Shown here: positions 26,845 through 32,000 of the stretch, piece after piece
Numbering within the stretch: the first letter of the stretch is position 1
Layout: every line of letters begins with the position of its first letter
Source: Candidatus Nanogingivalaceae bacterium
Lineage (GTDB): Bacteria; Patescibacteriota; Saccharimonadia; Saccharimonadales; Saccharimonadaceae
DNA: 32,000 nt
Assembly (NCBI GenBank): GCA_015257795.3
Contig: CP072208.2
Span: forward strand, 630,001-662,000
Direction of reading: 5' to 3'
Notes under the pieces: generated by a model
Told to the model about the DNA's origin: nothing
What the model saw: only the letters and a program-made list of their open reading frames with translations
Database searches by the model: none
Translations under genes and position numbers: made by a program

Positions 26845-26876
26845 AAAATAGCCCTGTTAAATTCTAGGGCTATTTT
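26845..26876. terminator. Bidirectional rho-independent terminator
   Basis: AAAATAGCCCT gttaaattct AGGGCTATTTT: an 11-bp stem flanked by A and T runs, between convergent genes. Confidence 0.7.
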
Positions 26877-26879
26877 ATA

Positions 26880-27632
26880 TTATTTTACCGATATTTTTGC
26901 ACCTTCTTCAAAAAGTTTATCTGAAAGCATTTGATTTTCGCGTGCTGTCTCCACGATATCGCTCAAAAATTCAGCTTTCTTGTCCGGGTTTGGTGCAAAC
27001 GGAAAAGTATAGGTTGACTCATCACCAATAGTGCTTAATCGCACTGTTCCATAATCAAACAAATGCTGTAAAATCCCTTCACGAGAATACGAGATATCTT
27101 CAATCGCTTCCAGGTTAATAACCTGCTTTCTCTGATTCATAATTGTATTCGAAATCCACTGAATTGCACGTTCATTTGTTATGATTAATCTGTTCGCTCG
27201 ATAAACAACATAATTTATATAAGTTATTAAAATTAAAAGCACCGTTATTGAACCGAAGATTAATGAAAGTTGCGGCTTAAAGTTGGCTGGAATTGGAAAC
27301 GGATTTGGTAAAAAGCAAATAATAATCCAGGCGCTAATCAAGAAAACAGCAATAATTGAGCTAAAAATAATGTTAAGCAAATAGCCTAGTGCATGCCGAC
27401 GCATCGAAAGCACAACATATTCATCTTCATCAACTGTAATATCGGGATACATTCTTACCGATTGATCATGACGTGCTTTAATTACGCGTGGATCGCCAGC
27501 AGGAACTTCAACCTGCATAACTGGCTGAACTCGAATTGGCGCGCCCAGACTATTTTCGAAACTTAAATTTTCATTCTGATTCTGGGCAATTTTTTCCTCA
27601 AATTTCTGGGCTAGGCTTTGCTTATCGTTCAT
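26880..27632 (-). CDS. Membrane protein with a bacterial PH (bPH_2/YdbT-like) domain
   Basis: Two adjacent TM helices, followed by NERAIQW...[31 protein letters not shown]. Overlaps the end of ruvB by 11 nt. Confidence 0.6.
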   Translation of the reverse strand: MNDKQSLAQKFEEKIAQNQNENLSFENSLGAPIRVQPVMQVEVPAGDPRVIKARHDQSVRMYPDITVDEDEYVVLSMRRHALGYLLNIIFSSIIAVFLISAWIIICFLPNPFPIPANFKPQLSLIFGSITVLLILITYINYVVYRANRLIITNERAIQWISNTIMNQRKQVINLEAIEDISYSREGILQHLFDYGTVRLSTIGDESTYTFPFAPNPDKKAEFLSDIVETARENQMLSDKLFEEGAKISVK

Positions 27633-28638
27633 CTTTGAATTCCTTTCCTAAATGCTCAAACGCTTTTTTCGTAATTATTCTTCCTCGTGGTGTTCTTTGC
27701 AAAAAACCAATCTGCATTAAATATGGTTCATAAAAATCTTCAATTGTCGCAGCTTCATCACCCGTCAATGCAGCCATTGTATTTAAGCCAACTGGCCGAG
27801 TGCCATAATTTTCAATAACCGATTTTAATAGATTTCTATCTGCTGCATCCAACCCTAATTCGTCAATTTCAAGCATTTCTAAGGCCTCTTTAACCGTTTT
27901 CGAGTCAATAATTCCATCACCTTTTACATCTGCATAGTCTCGAACGCGCTTCAAGATGCGGTTCGCAATTCGTGGTGTTAATCTTGCTCGAGTTGAGAGA
28001 ATATCTGAAGCTTCTTTTTCAATATCACTACCTAATAAATTACTTGAGCGTAAGATAATTTTTGAAATTTCCTTAGGTTTATAAAATTCTAACCTATAGA
28101 TATGTCCGAACCGGTCTCGGAGTGGAGCCGCCAGACTTCCAGTTCGAGTTGTGGCGCCAATAACTGTAAAATGCGGCAAATCCAGCCGAACCGAGCGTGC
28201 GGCCGGCCCTTTACCAATCACAATATCAAGTTTAAAATCTTCCATTGCAGAATAGAGAATCTCTTCAACAGCACGCGGCATGCGATGAATTTCATCAATA
28301 AAAAGAATATCGCCATCTTGTAAATTCGTCACAATCGAAGCTAAATCTCCCGCTTTTTCGATTGCCGGACCAGATGTAATTCGAATATTCGCGCCCATTT
28401 CACGCGCAATAACATTTGCCATTGTAGTTTTTCCTAGTCCTGGCGGACCATAAAGTAAGACGTGATCAATACTTTCACCACGTTTTTTTGCCGCGTCAAT
28501 CGCAAGCTTTAAATTCTTTTTCAATCGCTCCTGACCGATATATTCATCAAAATTCGTTGGACGCAAAGAAATCTCCACCTGCTGCTCTTGCGGTTCGTCA
28601 TCGTGTAAGTTTGCATCAATAATTCTTTCAATAGCCAT
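27622..28638 (-). CDS. ruvB: Holliday junction branch-migration ATPase RuvB
   Basis: [12 protein letters not shown], Walker [10 protein letters not shown], Walker B LFIDEIHR, sensor GATTR. Confidence 0.95.
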   Translation of the reverse strand: MAIERIIDANLHDDEPQEQQVEISLRPTNFDEYIGQERLKKNLKLAIDAAKKRGESIDHVLLYGPPGLGKTTMANVIAREMGANIRITSGPAIEKAGDLASIVTNLQDGDILFIDEIHRMPRAVEEILYSAMEDFKLDIVIGKGPAARSVRLDLPHFTVIGATTRTGSLAAPLRDRFGHIYRLEFYKPKEISKIILRSSNLLGSDIEKEASDILSTRARLTPRIANRILKRVRDYADVKGDGIIDSKTVKEALEMLEIDELGLDAADRNLLKSVIENYGTRPVGLNTMAALTGDEAATIEDFYEPYLMQIGFLQRTPRGRIITKKAFEHLGKEFKDER

Positions 28639-28645
28639 TGCTTAT

Positions 28646-28654
28646 ATTATACCA
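28646..28654 (-). promoter_or_regulatory. Extended -10 box TGgTATAAT, 7 nt upstream of the ruvB ATG
   Basis: Reverse strand reads cgTGGTATAATataagcaATG. Confidence 0.5.
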
Positions 28655-28658
28655 CGAC

Positions 28659-28687
28659 TTGACAAAAATAGAAAAATTTGTTATAAT
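28659..28687 (+). promoter_or_regulatory. Perfect consensus sigma70 promoter TTGACA-17-TATAAT for the orphan gene
   Basis: TTGACA at 28659-28664, an exact 17-nt spacer, TATAAT at 28682-28687. It lies back-to-back with the ruvB -10 box. Confidence 0.65.
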
Positions 28688-28719
28688 TCTATTCAGTATT
28701 CCTTTTTGGAATAAGAATT
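28685..28719 (+). promoter_or_regulatory. Imperfect palindrome around the predicted transcription start site (operator or 5' UTR hairpin)
   Basis: AATTCT attcag TATTCC ttttt GGAATA AGAATT. Inner arms are at 28697-28702 / 28708-28713, outer arms at 28685-28690 / 28714-28719. Confidence 0.4.
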
Positions 28720-28741
28720 TTATACTTAGGAGGCTCTTAAT

Positions 28742-29161
28742 ATGGGCAACTTACATTTAATCAAAGGTGACGTTGACATTTTCAAGAATGCTGTAAAAGC
28801 AGCACGTGGTGATGAAGAAATGGCAAAAGAAAACTTAACTAAAGATATTTTCAAATATGCCAGGGCTATCTCTAGACACGTGTTTAATAAAAAAACACAT
28901 AGAAGCTACCTCTATCACATAGATAATCTGGATGTCACTAACGGTTTTGGGGATGAGCCTGTTGCGGTTCTTGTAGAAACCAAAGACTGTTTTGCTATAA
29001 ATAAAAATGGTGACATTTATAGCAAAACTAGCAGTAATAAATACGGTTTCAAGAAGGTAAATGAAGCAGATCTTCTCAGCTTAGCTGGAGAACAAATCGG
29101 ATTCTTATATAAAGCGCTTCATAATCTCCTACGAGAAGTTGTAACCTTCCGTAAAAATTAA
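28742..29161 (+). CDS. Hypothetical cytoplasmic protein (139 aa); no family recognised
   Basis: Strong SD AGGAGG 8 nt upstream, a consensus promoter, and its own terminator. No TM segment or signal peptide. I recognise no motif. Confidence 0.65.
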   Translation: MGNLHLIKGDVDIFKNAVKAARGDEEMAKENLTKDIFKYARAISRHVFNKKTHRSYLYHIDNLDVTNGFGDEPVAVLVETKDCFAINKNGDIYSKTSSNKYGFKKVNEADLLSLAGEQIGFLYKALHNLLREVVTFRKN

Positions 29162-29164
29162 AAT

Positions 29165-29190
29165 AGTCGCACGAAATGTGCGGCTTTTTT
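29165..29190 (+). terminator. Rho-independent terminator after the orphan gene (also faces ruvA)
   Basis: 8-bp stem 29165-29172 / 29178-29185 (AGTCGCAC ... GTGCGGCT, including one G-U pair), loop GAAAT, then a T-run. Confidence 0.75.
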
Positions 29191-29199
29191 CTTTTTAAA

Positions 29200-29775
29200 T
29201 TAAATTCCAGCTTTCAATGCCAAAGTAATGCGTTCTTCTGTTGGTAAATCACGCGGGATTTGCTCTAATGCTTTTGTTGCATCGTTCAAGTTAAATCCAA
29301 GCGCAATAAGCGCCTCTAAAGCCTCATCTGAAGCCAAGCTAATATTATCGCCAACTCCATCGGGTTTCGAAATCGCCATTCCAACTTTATCTTTTAAATC
29401 TAAAATTACGCGCTCGGCCGATTTTTTACCAACGCCAGCAGCTTTTTGAATAAATTTCGCATCTTCACAGGCAATTGCGTTTCGAACTTCTTCGGTTTCA
29501 CCCAAGCTCATAATGGCAATTCCAGCTCTTGGCCCAACACCTTGAACAGTAATCAACAATTCAAAAAGTTTTTTAGCCGCCAAACTTGAAAAGCCAAATA
29601 ATTCCTGGCTTCTATCAGTAATATTATGATAAGTATAAAATTTAATCTGCTCGTTTAAAACCGCCCGTTCGAATTCTCCTACGGGAACAATAACTTCATA
29701 GCCAACACCAGAAACATCAACAATCACGCTCCCTGCAAATTTTTCAGCAATTTTTCCAGAAATATGTGCAATCAT
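29200..29775 (-). CDS. ruvA: Holliday junction DNA helicase subunit RuvA
   Basis: MIAHISGKI...GVGYEV, HhH motifs LITVQGVGPRAGIAIMS and KAAGVGKKSAERVILDLK, plus C-terminal domain III. Confidence 0.9.
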   Translation of the reverse strand: MIAHISGKIAEKFAGSVIVDVSGVGYEVIVPVGEFERAVLNEQIKFYTYHNITDRSQELFGFSSLAAKKLFELLITVQGVGPRAGIAIMSLGETEEVRNAIACEDAKFIQKAAGVGKKSAERVILDLKDKVGMAISKPDGVGDNISLASDEALEALIALGFNLNDATKALEQIPRDLPTEERITLALKAGI

Positions 29776-29781
29776 TGTTTA

Positions 29782-29790
29782 ATTTTACCA
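29782..29790 (-). promoter_or_regulatory. Extended -10 box TGgTAAAAT, 6 nt upstream of the ruvA ATG, in the 30-bp ruvC-ruvA spacer
   Basis: Reverse strand reads ttATGGTAAAATtaaacaATG. Confidence 0.4.
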
Positions 29791-29805
29791 TAATTATTTT
29801 AGTTT

Positions 29806-30291
29806 TTAAATACGCGTCATATAAAAATGCGTAATTGCGGCAGCAAGCGCATCGGCTGCGTCATCCGGCTTTGGCACTTCTACTAGATTCAAAGTTGAAC
29901 GCACCATTTCTTGCATTTGTTTTTTGTTTGCACCGCCATACCCAGTTAAAGTTTGCTTAATTTGATTTGGCGTATATTCAGCGATTGGAATTTTCGATTG
30001 TTGAGCTACTAAAATCGCCACACCTCGAGCCTGTGCGACCGAAATTGCCGTCGTTACGTTTTTCGAAAAGAATAGTTTCTCAATTGAAACCTCATCTGGC
30101 TTAGTTTCTTCAATAATCTCTTTTAAGCCGTTATAGATCTCCTCTAGTCGAATTTCAATTGGCGTGTGTGCAGGAGTTGAAATAACCCCTCCTGTAATCA
30201 TTTTTAACGGTTTTCCAATCTGGCAATCTACAACGCCAAACCCTAAAATTCCTGTTCCTGGGTCGATACCTAAAATTCGCCGTTTTTTCAT
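29806..30291 (-). CDS. ruvC: Holliday junction resolvase RuvC
   Basis: ILGIDPGTGILGFGV (catalytic Asp), EVSIEKLFF (Glu), DAADALAAAITH (Asp/His). Confidence 0.9.
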   Translation of the reverse strand: MKKRRILGIDPGTGILGFGVVDCQIGKPLKMITGGVISTPAHTPIEIRLEEIYNGLKEIIEETKPDEVSIEKLFFSKNVTTAISVAQARGVAILVAQQSKIPIAEYTPNQIKQTLTGYGGANKKQMQEMVRSTLNLVEVPKPDDAADALAAAITHFYMTRI

Positions 30292-31799
30292 TTTTTACCT
30301 TTCATTAATTTTGCAAAAATATCTCTTCTAAACTCGAAAAATAAAATTGCTAAAAATATCAAAATAATTACAGCAATAGCCCACCAACCCGTAAATTCAG
30401 CCTGTTTCGATTCTTTTTCATCTTTTTCGACTTCATTATTTGCGCCGTTGTTTTTAACTATTTTTCTACAACGATTTGTTTCAGTGTTGCGCTCGTAGCC
30501 ATCTTTGCACGGCGTTATTTCTTTTTTCGCATCTGAACTATTTTTTCGACATCGATTTGTGATAGGATTACGCGTATAGCCCGGCGCACAAACCGCCAGC
30601 TCTTTCGAAGAACTTGCCAGTGTTGCAATTTTGCGGCAACGATTTGTTTCTGGACTTCGAACATAACCATCGCGACACTCTGTTGTCGCTACTTTTTCGA
30701 CTGGCATTTTATTACAACGATTCGTTTGCGGATTCAAAAAATACCCATCACTGCACTTTTTCTCAGTTTTTTCATCATTTTCAATCTTTTCGGTTTTTTC
30801 TTTTTCGAGTTTTTCTTCTTTTATTTTATTACATCTTCCAGTTTCTTCATTTAAAAAATATCCGTCTTCGCAAACTTTTATTTTTTCGCACTGCCCTTGC
30901 GAATTTAAATTGAATCCATTTTCGCAAGGCTGAAAAATATTTTCACTTTTTTTTGTAATTTTAAAACTTTGACTCCATTCTTTTCCATCAAAGATCCAGC
31001 TCAAATCCTTTTTCGAATTTTTTAAATCAACAGTTTGAATTTCTTGATTGTTCGAATCTAATAACGAAATTTTATTTAAGCCCATCTTTAAAAGCTTGAA
31101 ATTTAGATCCGTATTTAAATCAAGCGAGAAAAAACTATTTGGTAAAATTTCTTCATCCGTAAAAACTTTTTTATACGGCTTTTTTAAACTTCCAAGATGA
31201 ATTTCAACTGCGCAATTTTTAAGATTTATTTTTTTATTTGTATTATTTTTAAATTCAATAAATTGCTCGCTTGAATTTGCTAAAACCTCGTTTAATTGTA
31301 TATTTTCGCAAAAATCAGGCTCTTTTTCCGCCAGGCCGCCAGTTTTAAAAACTACACCCTCTTTCGAAATCTCAAAATCACCGCCCAAGTTCAAATCTCG
31401 AACTAAAACATCTTCTTCTGTAAATTCTGGCGCATTTTTATTTTTGCAAGTCATTTTTAGACCACATAAAAAGTCTACATCCTGCCCGTCAATCCTTAAT
31501 TTTATTTGGCTTTTCAACAATTCCGGATTTAAAATAAGTTCCCCATCACCATTTTCGCCAAATGAAATTTGTGATTTTTTAAGAAAAACTCCGTTTGAAA
31601 TTTCGCCAATTATTTTATTTTTCTGAATTATCTCAATTTTCGAAAAACTCAAATTATCACCCAAATTTGTGATCTCAATCATTGTATTTGAAACTTTCGA
31701 AATTAAAATTTTCTGATCAGAAATAGCCGAAGCTTGATTAAAATTTCCCAAAAAGAATAAAGCTAAAATTAAAAATAAAAAATATCTAAAAAACCTCAT
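30288..31799 (-). CDS. Secreted, C-terminally membrane-anchored protein: lamin-tail-domain (LTD)-like region(s) plus six Cys-pair repeats
   Basis: Signal peptide MRFFRYFLFLILALFFLGNFNQASA. LTD-like IQLNEVLANSSEQFIEFKNNTNKKINLKNC. Six copies of C-x-[DPN]-G-[YF]-x-[LR]-[NS]-x-x-[TQ]-[NG]-[RQ]-C-x-K. C-terminal TM segment WWAIAVIILIFLAILFF plus a basic tail. ATGA overlap with ruvC. Confidence 0.75.
   Translation of the reverse strand: MRFFRYFLFLILALFFLGNFNQASAISDQKILISKVSNTMIEITNLGDNLSFSKIEIIQKNKIIGEISNGVFLKKSQISFGENGDGELILNPELLKSQIKLRIDGQDVDFLCGLKMTCKNKNAPEFTEEDVLVRDLNLGGDFEISKEGVVFKTGGLAEKEPDFCENIQLNEVLANSSEQFIEFKNNTNKKINLKNCAVEIHLGSLKKPYKKVFTDEEILPNSFFSLDLNTDLNFKLLKMGLNKISLLDSNNQEIQTVDLKNSKKDLSWIFDGKEWSQSFKITKKSENIFQPCENGFNLNSQGQCEKIKVCEDGYFLNEETGRCNKIKEEKLEKEKTEKIENDEKTEKKCSDGYFLNPQTNRCNKMPVEKVATTECRDGYVRSPETNRCRKIATLASSSKELAVCAPGYTRNPITNRCRKNSSDAKKEITPCKDGYERNTETNRCRKIVKNNGANNEVEKDEKESKQAEFTGWWAIAVIILIFLAILFFEFRRDIFAKLMKGKK
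30468..30926 (-). repeat. Six in-frame Cys-pair repeats (aa 292-444 of the LTD protein)
   Basis: CENGFNLNSQGQC, CEDGYFLNEETGRC, CSDGYFLNPQTNRC, CRDGYVRSPETNRC, CAPGYTRNPITNRC, CKDGYERNTETNRC. A recurring nucleotide core CAACGATTTGT is visible on the plus strand. Confidence 0.8.
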
Positions 31800-32000
31800 T
31801 CAAAACCCCTCTCTTAAATACAATTAACATTTCAAACGCGGATAAAAGTAAAATCTGTAAAGTGAAATTAGCATTTTTTTGATTAAATCCAGTATTCGGA
31901 GCTAAAATTTTAGTCTTATTCTTAGATTGAGTTATTGTTTTATTATTTTTTTCTTCAAAATTAATCTTTGGCTTAAAAAAATCATCTTTTACAGAAGGTT
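31786..32000 (-). CDS. 3' end of a surface-protein gene with a sortase-type sorting signal (5' end outside the window)
   Basis: Missing from the track because it is edge-truncated. My translation: ...KTKILAPNTGFNQKNANFTLQILLLSAFEMLIVFKRGVLNEVF-stop. This gives an LPxTG-like APNTG, a hydrophobic stretch, then KRG. The stop at 31786-31788 overlaps the next gene's start by 14 nt. Confidence 0.45.
   Translation of the reverse strand, partial: PSVKDDFFKPKINFEEKNNKTITQSKNKTKILAPNTGFNQKNANFTLQILLLSAFEMLIVFKRGVLNEVF

Noticed and set aside
1-32000. CRISPR arrays, tRNA/rRNA genes, IS elements, integrases.
   Set aside because: Intergenic spacers are short (mostly under 110 bp) and are accounted for by promoters and terminators. 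I saw no spaced direct-repeat arrays and no transposase- or integrase-like ORFs.

Overview
This is a 32-kb, gene-dense window coded mostly on the minus strand, with about 35% G+C judged by eye. Gene content suggests a reduced monoderm, possibly Patescibacteria/CPR (Saccharibacteria-like), but I cannot verify that without a database search. From left to right it contains: (1) a surface-glycan locus (GT4-like, GT2, Wzm/Wzt-type ABC exporter, GtrB/GtrA-like pair) that encloses a 758-aa secreted protein with three ricin-type beta-trefoil modules; (2) an amino-acid ABC importer; (3) rnpA-yidC-jag; (4) a DUF4352-like surface protein whose promoter spacer contains a 13-nt homopolymer; (5) a compositionally foreign (about 48% G+C) streptococcal-type cupA-copA copper-efflux cassette lacking copY; (6) lepA, split into two ORFs by a 1-nt frame change; (7) murJ, ftsH and tilS; (8) a GspE/PilB-like protein with all four catalytic boxes degenerate, followed by a PRC-barrel protein; (9) recA-recX, a stand-alone prepilin, a bPH membrane protein, and ruvB / ruvA-ruvC, with ruvA and ruvB separated by an opposite-strand orphan cassette; (10) a lamin-tail-domain (LTD), Cys-repeat membrane protein translationally coupled to ruvC. 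Two window-wide sequence signals are not explained by the gene list. The palindromic octamer TTTCGAAA occurs about once per kb in all reading frames and is absent from the foreign island. Operon-first genes start 6-11 nt after an extended -10 box, which suggests leaderless mRNAs. I recognised no rRNA, tRNA, CRISPR array, transposase or integrase.
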